From Epiperipatus broadwayi (lineage: Eukaryota; Animalia; Onychophora), in assembly GCA_028023455.1 (NCBI GenBank), contig JAQFVV010000008.1:15314001-15378000 (forward strand): a stretch of 64,000 nt of DNA, read 5' to 3'. The translations under genes and the position numbers were made by a program. The notes under the pieces were generated by a model. The model saw only the letters and a program-made list of their open reading frames with translations. It ran no database searches and was not told the DNA's origin. Shown one piece after another: positions 29,194 to 40,590 of this stretch (position 1 is its first letter; each line of letters opens with the position of its first letter).

Positions 29194-29298
29194 GGCAAGT
29201 GTTGGTGGCCGAGTGGTCAGCACAGCTGCCTTACAAGCAGTTCTTTCAGATTCACGGGTTCGCTTCCTGGCCAATGCTTTGACACGTGAAAAAAAAAA
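29194..29298 (+). mobile_element. tRNA-Gly(TCC)-derived short SINE with poly(A) tail and 11-bp target-site duplication (TSD)
   Basis: gtgttggtggccgagtggtcagcacagctgccttacaagcagtt...cgggttcgcttcctggccaatgc follows the metazoan tRNA-Gly-TCC sequence. A10 tail at 29289-98; aaaagtttata at 29183-93 and 29295-305. Confidence 0.85.
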
Positions 29299-29774
29299 GT
29301 TTATATCCTGACTGGAGATAATATAATATTTAATGTAATAAATGTTTAGTGGATGTTGTTAAAATTGTGTGTAGAAAGTTTGATATTTTAAATCAAACTG
29401 TTACTAAATCACCATATCTTCTACAAAATACATTGCAATGTTTTACAAATGGCTTGACTATTTGTCTCATTGTGATTAATTGTAGCCTAATAATAAGGAA
29501 TTAATAGACAGTTTATGATTACAGACTAAGAATATCAGAATTAATAATTCAGGTATATGATAAATATTTATTTTTCAGAATATGTTTGTCAAAGCTTTTT
29601 AATATTAGCATAATTATTGATTTTTTTAAAAAAATATTCATACAGAATAAGACTTTTTGTCATGCTTTATATAATTAGCTAAATACTTTTTTTTTTCTTA
29701 AGAAAAGTAGCATATCTAATAAATTCCAAATATGGTATATTAGAAATATCAAAAAACTTAGCTAGGTAAGTTAG

Positions 29775-30210
29775 ATTTTTCTTTGGGTGAAGATGTTAAC
29801 TGAATATTTATGTATAGAAGGATAATAAATAATTAACATGCTAAATAAATGAATATATACCCATTCAAATATTGACATGAGAATTAAATATAAACATTAA
29901 GGTTATATTTTTCTTTGGGTGAACATGTTAACTGAATGTTCTATGAATAGGATAATGAATAGTTAACATGCCAATAAACATCACATGATCACTATTTATG
30001 CTTGCTCTTAAAAACAGGCAAAACTCTTTATACATATTGCCACTCAGTGCAAGCCAGAGTAATCAATGGATGCCAAAGGGTTGTGCATAAAATCCCCATC
30101 TAGTGCCTACTCATCCAATATCCCCAGACTAGTTTTAATAGTTAACATGCTAAGTAAATTAACATATATCAATCAAAATAGTGACACAAGAATTAAATAT
30201 AAACATTATT
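29775..30210. repeat. Two ~135-bp tandem units, the second interrupted by an HHR family 1 fragment
   Basis: tttttctttgggtgaa.atgttaactgaat...gaattaaatataaacatt occurs twice. Confidence 0.7.
29972..30136 (-). mobile_element. 5'-truncated HHR family 1 insertion with 14-bp TSD
   Basis: AATAGTTAACATGC at 29958-71 and 30137-50. The insert starts on the minus strand at aaaactagtctgggg, inside the HHR 3' half. Confidence 0.8.
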
Positions 30211-31043
30211 AAAATCATAATTATTTTTTTAATTGATCTATAATTTATCTTTTAATGATAAGCTTTTAATGAGATTATCTCATTCTATCTCATAACCAAA
30301 CTAAAAAAAAAAAAAACAATCTGGCAAACATTAAGTAAATATATAGTTTATAATAATTCATGTATCAAATAGCTTATAAACAGATTTAATGAATTAAAAA
30401 TCATTTGTTATAGCCTTTCCTGTATCCAGGAAAAGAATTGTTACTATTTTCATTTATATTACTTATATGTAAAATCATATGTAATAAATTTACTGATGCT
30501 ACTGATGTCTATAATCAACCAAATTGTTCAGGTTAGCGGATACACTCTTTAGATTCTATCTTGGTAAAAATCTTGAGCTATTGCTCAATGCAAAAACGTC
30601 CAGACCCATTTTTTACTATGTGTGTGTGTATTTCACCAGAAACTCTCATTCATCAGATAAACTAAAGATTTAAAATATCTGAATATTTACACAGAAAGAA
30701 TAATCAGATTTCTCTGTTTATATGTTCTTAATCAACTGTAATTGTTTATGAATGACAAATTTAAGAAGTCTGGCTATTATTTCTGTGGATATATTCAGAA
30801 GATTCAAATCCTAGATCACTCAACAAACCAGAATTTCTAATGAAGTGCATATTTAGATAAGCAAAATTGATATGGAAGTTTTTAAGTTCAATGATAATTC
30901 AAGACTGATAACAAGCTTTAAAGAGTTTCTTTTTAAAAACTGATTACAAATTTTTATTAGGTACTTAAGTCAATTTATTATCTATATTGATTGAAATTTA
31001 AGTATATAAAAATTAACCTTTTTAAATTTTTATTAAAACATCT

Positions 31044-31292
31044 CATTCCAATATCACCCTTTAAAGATAATTGAGCACGCGCCTTTGAGAGTGTTAAATA
31101 AATGAATACTCTCTTCTTCAATCCAAGATATAGTATCTTGGATTGAAGAAGAGAGTATTCATTTATTTAACACTCTCAAAGGCGCGTGCTCAATTAGCTT
31201 GATAGTATCTTGGATTGAAGAAGAGAGTATTCATTTATTTAACACTCTCAAAGGCGCGTGCTCAATTAGCTTGAAAGGCTGATATTGGAATG
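31044..31292. repeat. Perfect 63-bp-arm palindrome with an exact 72-bp tandem duplication of the right arm
   Basis: 31068-31130 vs 31134-31196 are perfectly inverted; 31131-31202 = 31203-31274; outer arms 31044-61 and 31275-92. Confidence 0.95.
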
Positions 31293-31929
31293 AAATATAA
31301 TTGCAAGCACGGCGCTAGATAAAATATTTGCTTATTTACTCATAATTAAAACATCTCGTTTTATCAGAACTTTTTTTTCAAGCTTCATACTGCAATTACT
31401 CATTAGCATAGAAATTCCAAACCATTCTCTGATTGGCTTGAAATGAGTGTCTACATCAAACGTTAAGGAGTGTGCCTATAAATATGAAAGATTAGATTGT
31501 TTACAAACATTCATTAGGTAAATTAATCAATAATTCTGGTTGTAATTAAGCTAGATAAATAGAAAATAAAGCTGACTTTGCTCAAAGCCAAATTGCTTTA
31601 TAAATGTATACCAAATAAAAGCAGCTCACAATTATCCTACCACAAATCTTCAATAGATAAGCGAAGGCTGCTTTCACGTGATCTACATTTGTAAAACAAT
31701 CTAACTTTGAGAAAAATCAGCTTTATTATCTTAATAATAATGAGTAGGAATGGGATTTTAACGTTTTAAAAATGATTATTAGTCTATTTTCAAATCAGAT
31801 TATATTTATCTGCAAACAGTAAATTTATTTAAACTTCTTTGAATTAAAAATCTCATTATGCTGTAGTCCGCATCGAATGTCCGTTTTAGATCAGAAAAAA
31901 GAGAGATTGCGAAATAAGTTTTTTTCACA

Positions 31930-31994
31930 TTTTTTTTCCATGTATCAGTGCTTGGAAGGCAGCTATGCTAACCACAAGGTCACCAACGCTTGAC
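31930..31994 (-). mobile_element. tRNA-Gly(TCC)-derived SINE, internally deleted second copy
   Basis: Minus strand gtcaa-gcgttggtgaccttgtggttagcatagctgccttccaagca-ctgatacatgg-A8. It shares the g(g/t)caa leader and a similar pre-tail with the 29.2 kb copy. Confidence 0.8.
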
Positions 31995-32540
31995 ATTGCT
32001 AAACAAGATGAACTGCATTAATGAATAACTTTAACTTTAAATTTTTTAGAACACTCATCGAAATTATTTTGTTAACAAATTGAGTGCAATTGCTCAGAGA
32101 AAGGGAGCGGAGGATAAATCATTAAAAACACTGATTTGTATTACTAAAAAAATTAATTCTAAATACTAAATGTAAAATAAATAAACAAATTATTGAATAA
32201 ACCGATCAGCATTTTAAACAAGGAAGTAAATAAAAATTAGCAAATGGTTATTATTTTGATTATTATATAAAAATTTTGATCTTAAAACTAATAATTATAA
32301 CAATGTTATTACTGTATATTTAATAATGTTTGAGAAAATTTATTGATAACTGTATTAATTCAATTTTGTTTTTGAAACGAAAACACTAGCTTTCGTTTCA
32401 CATGATTGTTTTTCCAACAACATTAATAATGTTTTAAGCTGTACAATATGAATATCTCTAGTGAACAGCTAGTTAATTTCAAGTATTATCATAAATCAGT
32501 TCAAATGAGTCAAATGCTTTGGCCAAATCAATAAATATAT

Positions 32541-32690
32541 TAAAACTCCATACAGTAGTGCCACTCAGTGCAAGCCAGAGTAATCAATGGATGCCAGAAG
32601 GCTTGTGCATAAAATCTCTATCTAGTGCCTACTCATTCAATATACCCAGAAAGCATAAGAAATAGTGATCATGTGATGTTTAGTGGTTAA
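32541..32690. mobile_element. HHR family 1 fragment with internal inversion (minus 32541-32650, plus 32651-32690)
   Basis: The minus part matches the post-HHR region; the plus part (aagcataag..gatcatgtgatgtttagtggt) matches the family's 3' region. Confidence 0.7.
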
Positions 32691-33179
32691 ATATATATAT
32701 GTCACCCCTTTGTTCCCAAATTTTCTTGCATTTGTCTCACAATAAAAATAAAAAAACATCTAGTGTTGTGTTATTTTTAAAAAAAATAGATTATTTCGGA
32801 ACCATTCATCTACCTCAGGAAACAATTTGTTTAACAAAGTCTCTGAAAGTATCTTTGCCATAATGAATAGCAATGACATTACAGCTTTTCTATTACTATT
32901 TTTATAAATTTGAACAATAAAAGCATTATTATAAGTCCATATATTCCTAGCTCCGAAGCTAGCACATCACTACCAAATTTTAATCCTTTTCTAGGTATCT
33001 TATAAAGTTTTTCATTTTTAATTAAAATAGACTATTTTAATTTCAATAAGTTAAATATTTTTGCTAAAATCCAAGAAATAGTTATTTAATATATATCAAT
33101 TTTAATATCAATAGTTATCAAATAAATATTTACAAATCATCAAAATTGGCATTAATGAAATTCATTATGCTGTTCTTTC

Positions 33180-35735
33180 ATATAAATTATAATAAATATT
33201 AAAAATCATATACATCTATATAAATATATTAATAATAATTATACATAAAAACCTTTTTCAGCACACGGTTTTGTGCCCTTTTCAAATGTTAATAATCTAT
33301 TCTATTGTTATGTGATGTACTGTGACTTCTCCTTAAATGGAATTAGAAATCTCTCAGCAACTGTGCCCAGAGAAACCTGTTAGCCACTTTACCTTCCCCT
33401 TCCATTTTCCACTCTAAGTTTCCCCATAATCTGCTCCATCCCATTTCCACAACATCTTTGTCAACTCTATGGTCTTTATTTTGTAATATATCTATTAACT
33501 CTATGGCCTTTATATCTAAATCCCCCTTATCTTTTCCCAAACCCAGCATAAAAACCAATAACCCACTTTCTGTATAATCACTTTGTTCATATTTATTCTT
33601 CAATAACTTCATTATTTGAACCTTTTCTGCTTTCAAGCATTTACATTCAGTTAACAAATGCCTAATATTTTCTATGCCTTCCTTACACAATTTGCTTACA
33701 CAAATTGTTAACCAATTATTACAAATAGAATACCATCTAGTGTTCTATATAATGGAAATAATACAACAATAACAAAATAAAACATCAGTCAAATAGAATA
33801 AAATCTTCATATAGAGATCCAATATAACTCCAAAGAATTGACTATATAACATAACAATATACTGAATAAATAATGCATACATTCTACAATTTTATATATA
33901 TTATCCTATATGATTTTTCATTCATTTTTATCTGACTAGTTGTTAATTAAATGTATTGAAGTTTTTTAATCATTCATACAACTGTTTAAGTTATGTTTAA
34001 TGTAATGTTTCATATATTTGTTTTCTTTCTTGATCTTTAATGTAATTTAAAGGTTTAATATTTTTTGCAACATTTATTTTTAGTCCATATGTTAAGTAGT
34101 TAATGTATAAAGCAGATTTATCATTTCGTCTATTAGTAAGTCATATTGCAAAGGTCATAGTTAATTTTATATATAATTTCTTTTTTATATTTTATATCAT
34201 CTCTTAATTTATAACTTTCCTTTTTTTGCATTGCCTTAATTAATTAATTAATCTGTTTTTTATTTAAAAAAATATTTTTTGTAGTTCTGAAGAAAATTAC
34301 AGGGGCAATCAAAACTGTTGTTGATGGATGTTATAAAAAACAGATTAATTTATAATAACCTATTAATGTAAAAATATGCTTGTCAATATAATTTTTGTCT
34401 TTAATTAATGTATTATAAATTTTGGGGTAATATGATAAGTTTAATCCATTTCTTATTTGAACTATTGTTACTATCATCATTACATATCATTTTTCATAGA
34501 GATGTTATCATTTACTATAGATTTTTTAGAATTAAAAACTATATTTTTAATAGTTTTAGGGTTATATAATTTAATAACCTGATTGTTTTGTAAATGAGCT
34601 ACATCTGTATTATATTTATCATTTCTATATTTATAATTTTTAATAACTGCTATCTTTTATACCCATGCTTGTTGTAAATCTGTATGAATAATTTTTCTTG
34701 TCTTCTTCAATAAAATATTTTACTATAATTTTATTATCATTATCTAGATGAATTTCTATATCTAAATATTTAATTTTATCTTCAAATTCTACTTTTATAA
34801 ATTTAATATTGTATAATAGATTTTATTAAAAAGACAAAAGAAATTATTCATATAAATTGACAAGCATGAGTATAAAAGATGGCAGTTATTAAAAATTTTA
34901 AATATAGAAATGATAAATAAAATACAGATAAAAATGTAGTTTATTTACAAAAGAATCAGTTTATTAAATTATATAGAGATTATGGATATAACTATAAAAC
35001 TATTAAAAATATATTTTTTAATTTTAAAAAATATACAATAAGTGATAGCGTCTCTATGAAAAATGATTATAATGATGATAGTAACAATAGTTCAAATAAG
35101 AAATGGATCAAACTATCATATCCCAAAATTTATAATACATTAACAAAAAGCAAAAATTATATTGACAAACATATTAATATTGAATGGTCTACATAAATTA
35201 ATAGGTAATTAAAAGATGGTATAAAATACAAAAAAATGAATTGTATATAAAATTAACTATGACCTTTGCAATATGATTTACTATGGTCATTCAAGGAAAC
35301 AAGAGATGAGTCCATAACAATGCGATTAATAGATGAGGTGATAAATCTGTTTTATACATTAGCTACTTAACGTATGGACATAAAATAGATGTTACAAAAA
35401 ATATTAACCTTTAAATTACATTAAATGAATGTTTACAAAAACTGATCCATTAAAAATGAAGGAAAATTATATAAGACAATATATATAAAGTTGTATAATG
35501 TATTATTTATTTTTTATATTATGTTATATAGTCAATTCTTTGAGGTTACACTGGATCTTTATTTTACTTCCACTACAGAACATTAGATGGTATTCTGTCT
35601 GCAATAATTAGTTAATGTTAAAATAGATGATTAACATTTGACAAAACTGAAAAAGCTTTCTATGCATAAATGTTATCAATATATTTACATAGCTATTGTA
35701 TATGATTTTTATTATTTATTATAATACTTACAAAT
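33180..35735. repeat. Large imperfect foldback (arms ~33180-34728 and ~34808-35735)
   Basis: Nested reverse-complement blocks, e.g. 34135-34180 vs 35240-35280, 34410-34475 vs 35070-35130, 33830-33860 vs 35510-35545, 33185-33260 vs 35640-35730. Confidence 0.85.
33343..33690 (-). mobile_element. Non-LTR retrotransposon C-terminal CCHC (zf-RVT-like) fragment inserted in the foldback left arm
   Basis: ORF begins CKEGIENIRHLLTEC (C..E..H....C pattern of LINE ORF2 C-termini). The segment is absent from the right arm. Confidence 0.6.
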
Positions 35736-36131
35736 ATGTTCTGTATATTAAATTAGTTTCTAATATTTAAAATGGGTATATGCTTAATTTTTATATTAAT
35801 ACAGAATTTTTATATGGAAATAATTAAAATGTTATTTACTGATTAATTTTTTATATTTCTTCCTTTATCAAAAGCAAATATCAAAAGAAAACATTATTCT
35901 TAATTTTAAAATCATATGATCATTTTAACTCCAGAAGAAAAAAAAAGATAAGTAATATTGAATTTATGCTGATTATACAAAATCAGGAATTTAATATGCT
36001 GTTGATGTTTACACAGAATGTTCATGTTTCACTATTTGCCCTTGCAATCAATGTATCAAAATTATGAAACCACTTTTGGTGAGAAATGAATATTAATAGT
36101 TATGGCTTTAAATTTTACCATGTTAATGTTG

Positions 36132-36480
36132 CTAATTAGGATTGACAAGGATGAAATCAATAACTACACCTTGATTTTGTTGGTATTCTATGTTGCATTG
36201 AAAGTATGTTGTTATCCAGAATATTGAGAATTCCATATTACTATTAATAGGAGAAATAGTTTTGGTTTCTAGATTATCATTTTTATTTAGACTTTTTCTT
36301 ACAATGGAGAATGTTTTATTATTGGCCAAATTTGTGAATAAACTTTCCACAGCAACACTTACTAAGATCTCCTTTCTATTTTCATGTTTTTGATTAACTT
36401 CATAAAGTGCTTAGAATCTTTGATAAAAGACTTTGCCTTATATGCCAATGTATTAAAAATCTTGACAAGGTAAACTTCTG
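36132..36480 (-). mobile_element. Penelope-like RT fragment (inverted segment)
   Basis: YLVKIFNTLAYKAKSFIKDSKHFMKLIKNMKI...VESLFTNL...TTYFQCNIEYQQNQG matches PLE RT motifs (IKDS, DV.SLFTN, TYF.F...Y.Q..G). Confidence 0.75.
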
Positions 36481-36539
36481 TTTAAAAACAAAACCATAAA
36501 TATTATTCAAAAAGCACCACAGGTATTTCTCTAATTGAA

Positions 36540-37560
36540 AAAAATAAATCAGCAACATATTTCAGCAAAATTCCGTACTTGTATAGTTTACCCAAAATTC
36601 ATAAGGATCATTTTTCTATTAAGATATATTGTTATTCAAGAAATTAACCATATCAAAAATTGTCGAGATTTCTTCTAGGATTGTTTTTTAATCTACAAAA
36701 CAGTGTTTGTCATGGATTCCAAGAACTTTATGAAGTTAAACAAGAACAAGAAAATAAAAAGAACTGATACCTTAATAAGAATTTGACGTAAAAAGTTTAT
36801 TCATCTAATGACAATGCATTGTCTAGTGTAAGAAAAAAATGAAATGAGAATAACAGAAAAGGATTTACCTTCATATAATGTAATTTTTAACATTTTGCAT
36901 AACATTTTTAATACAATGCAGAATTTTCTTTTATTGTCAAAATCAAACTATATTTTACAAAAACTCACATACCTAGGAAAATATTCAGCATATACATCCA
37001 ATCATGAGAGAAACACCAATTTTTGTGTTATCCCTATGAAACAGGTCATTCTTATTGAGAAAGTATTGATTTTGAAAAAAAAAAAAGTACACCATAGAAC
37101 AAACTTATAAAGAATCATTATCGATTAGCCATCATTAAAATAAAAAAAACTTCAGTAGACAACAAAAAAGAAATATCAAAGAAAATGCAACGAAAATACT
37201 GTGGTGTATTCCTATATAAGCAAATTAAAGAAATCTGCAATCAATATAATATCAAACAGCTTATCAAAGGTACAGCACATTATGAGAAATACTAATCTCT
37301 ACAAATCTAACCCTGCAACGCTGAAAAACTATATATATGTGTGTGTGAAATGCCATGTGAATGTAGAAAGACAATATCAGTGTGTCTAGTCACATTTATT
37401 GAAAAGATGCTTAAAAAAGTATAAAGTAATGATTAGAAGACAGATGTGCCTAAAGTAGAAGACCATAGATTTACCAATAAATATGTTAGAAATATTTGAA
37501 GAAGAGAGAATAATGTCATTCTAAATGTTATGTTCTATGTTGCATTATAACCGATTGTTG
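36540..37560 (+). mobile_element. Decayed Penelope-like element (RT + GIY-YIG)
   Basis: IPYLYSLPKIHKD, MDSKNFMKLNKNKKI, FDVKSLF (RT); EMPCECRKTI (GIY-YIG region). Frameshifted. Confidence 0.7.
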
Positions 37561-39781
37561 AAAGTATTTGAAAAAAATGTAAATAAAGTTTGAATTTTAC
37601 TAAAAACATTTAATTAGATTATGGAAATACATTCAACTACAAATATTCATCTACATGTAAAGCAACCTTTAAATGGCTCATTGCAGAATAAAGACCTCTC
37701 TAGAATCTTTTTAAGACAATAAAAAAGACTATTCATAAAACTAATTAAATACTGGGTGAAAGGTTATAGTTGTGCTATTTTGACTCTCTAGCTAAAAATA
37801 ATTAATATCTATTTCTCAACCAATAATTGAATGATTAGCAGAGTTGGCTAAACTGCCTACCTGGAAAAAAAATCATAATTTTACTTGGAACCTGGAAACA
37901 TTTCCAAGTTCCATTTTGTTTAAATATCAGATGATGAACATAACTGATAAATATCCTAACCATTACGTCATGAAACCATTAAAAGCATGTAATAACTCAA
38001 CTGATAGAGATCAGAATTATCAGAGATAAGCAATCACTTCTCTTGTGATTTGGCAACAAATAAAATCAATGTTTTTATTTCTATAATGAACATAATTTCA
38101 AGTTAACTATTAACAAAATAATATAGTAATAGTTTGTTTTTAAGAGGCAACCATACCAACTAATGCTCTCCTTCTGGAGTACGACTGTACTATTAATAAC
38201 TTTTGAGATCTTTACCTATTCCACTATATCAAAAAGTAGTCTGAGGTAAATCTTATATCTTGATATCAGCTACTTCTATTATTAGTCGCTATTTGTTGTT
38301 CTCTGAATCTGAAGACTTGCAGATGATTACCATTTTGACTTGCTAATCATAGTTAATATTGATATGTAGTCTGGCTATTTTTGTAATTTGATCTGTTTTA
38401 AATTCAGCTTTAGTTATTGATGATGAGTAACATGTTTGAATTTGCTCTTTATTTTTATAAAGATGCTGCAAAAGTTATATTCCGACTGGACAGTTTGAGA
38501 AGCCTTACTAAGATGCTAAATAATATTGATATCTAGATAGTTTTGTAAAAAAAAAAAAAAGACTAAAAATGGATAGACTATCTGCTATTATGTAACTCAG
38601 TTAATGCTACAAAATCATAGATAGGTTTCCTGACTAACAAATATTAAACCATATGAAATTTTATGAAATACAATTTCTAATAATGCTTTTACTAAAATGA
38701 AACTTCTTTTTAGAAGACAAATTTTATTTATTTCATTGCTTGTGGTACATTTTCAAATGTATACTGTAAAATTAGATGACAAAAAGTCAGATCACATTTA
38801 AGGAATCTACAAATTATTATATTTTCTTAATCGATTCATCTGCTATCCCTTGACCTCTATAATTTTGAAAAAATACCAATAAATGTCTTGAAAAGGCAAG
38901 AACTAAAAGGCTAATATTTTTCAAAACTTTGATATAAGCATATTTGGAGATTATCCATTTTAAATTAAAAGAAACAAAAAAGTTCTAAAATTATAAAAAG
39001 TCTTGATTAAATATATAGTAAAATAAAGCAAAGTAATAAAAGGAAGCCGTAATTGAAACATTCAATATTAATGAAGAGAATGTTTTAAAAATATGGGAAT
39101 GTGTATGTTTTATATGAAAAATATGAATTTTCATTATTTAAATACAAAAAAGGTAAGACATGGATGAAATGGGCTATACAATAATGAAGAAGTTGTCAAA
39201 GCTGTATCTGCTATTCCAAATGAATTACTGAAAGTCTGATGATGATAGAATTCATTAATGTTAATAATATAATTTATAATCAAAATATTGTCTTTCATCA
39301 CAAATGTTACTAGAGAAAATGCCTAATGCAATAAAATATAATTTAAAATGCAGCTAAAAAACTTGTAGAAAATTAAAAAATCTTTGGGTTTGGCAAATCA
39401 CAAGAGATGCAGTTAGAATGCTGAGAACTATTGATGACAGATATAGGAAGAATAACATTTGTTTCATTAATGATTTTCAAAAGGCATTTTTTTTTAAAAA
39501 AAAATTGTGTTGCTTTGTAGAAAATTTTGAAGAAAATAAAGATTAGAAGATGATTATTAAAAATTTTGTATATAAGATAGGAATATAAGATTAATATTTT
39601 CTGCATTGCTTCATATGTTTATTTATTTACATGACTTTCTGAATGTGAAAGTGTGATAAGGGTAAAATTTGCATTGGTTTAAAAGGAGGCTTCATAGTAT
39701 CAGATTTGCAAATTATAAGTGTTTACCGAAATGAGAAAAAACTTCATAATATTAGGATTGATAGAATTTATAGAACCTTGG

Positions 39782-39981
39782 AATTAGCGATCAGGCTAAT
39801 GCACATGCACTTTACAGATAACTATACATAAATAATACTAACATTCTCAAACACAAGATAGTCTTTAGAAAAGGTAGAATGAATCCATCTAACTTTAGAC
39901 TTTATCTTGTGTTTGAGAACGTTAGTATTAATTACATATAGTTATCTGTAAAGCACATGTGCATTAGCCTGACCGCTAATT
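39782..39981. repeat. ~80-bp-arm hairpin element flanked by a 14-bp direct repeat
   Basis: aattagcgatcaggctaatgcac...aacacaagata pairs with tatcttgtgttt...gcattagcctgaccgctaatt. TAGAACCTTGGAAT at 39771-84 and 40029-42. Confidence 0.85.
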
Positions 39982-40299
39982 TACATTTACAATTTATCAA
40001 CATAGCGCTGTATAAATAAATACTTAATTAGAACCTTGGAATGTAAATAAATGCAATTAAAACTTTAAGATAATTGAAGAAGATTATAAAAATAATAATG
40101 GTTTATTTGCATTGTTTTTATCATCAATTATTCAGTTATCCAATACATTTAAAAACAGAATTCTACAAATTTTTTCTCAACTTAGAATTAAATTGTTAAA
40201 TAGATTTATTATAAGAGTAAGAAAATAATTTTTATTCAATGAAAGTTAGATCTATGACGCTTAAGTTTTTTGTTTTAAAAAATTGACAATAGAAAATAA

Positions 40300-40590
40300 A
40301 AAGATTGGAGGTACTATTGATGCAAGTCTGGAGAAACAGAATTGCTTGGCAGAATAAGTTAAAAAATATACAAGTATTGAAAAAAAGTAAAATTATTCAT
40401 TGAAAAGTTTAAAAATCAGAAGAATTTCAACTGAGTATGTATTTTGAGATAGAGGCATTATTAAAGATATGTTGAAAGATGTAAAAAAGCAAGAAATAAA
40501 AAAACAAAGAGGGAGCTATGAGTATTTGAAGGACCAAAAAACAAAAGAGATTTGGAGAAAGTGACCTAAAATAATAAGTGGAATCTGTTC
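40300..40590 (+). mobile_element. Decayed RTE-like LINE C-terminal fragment
   Basis: Broken peptides resembling the RTE tail (RGIIKDML.D.VKK..NKKTKR...YL....EIWRK). Weak. Confidence 0.3.

Noticed and set aside
29199-29278. Functional tRNA with a TAC (Val) anticodon
   Set aside because: Gly-TCC backbone with a broken D stem, lost A58, an insertion, a poly(A) tail and a TSD; it is a SINE or retrocopy.
30625-30665. Minus-strand CTGATGA...GAAA motif
   Set aside because: Stem II pairs poorly, stem III is replaced by an (AC)n run, and there is no stem I.
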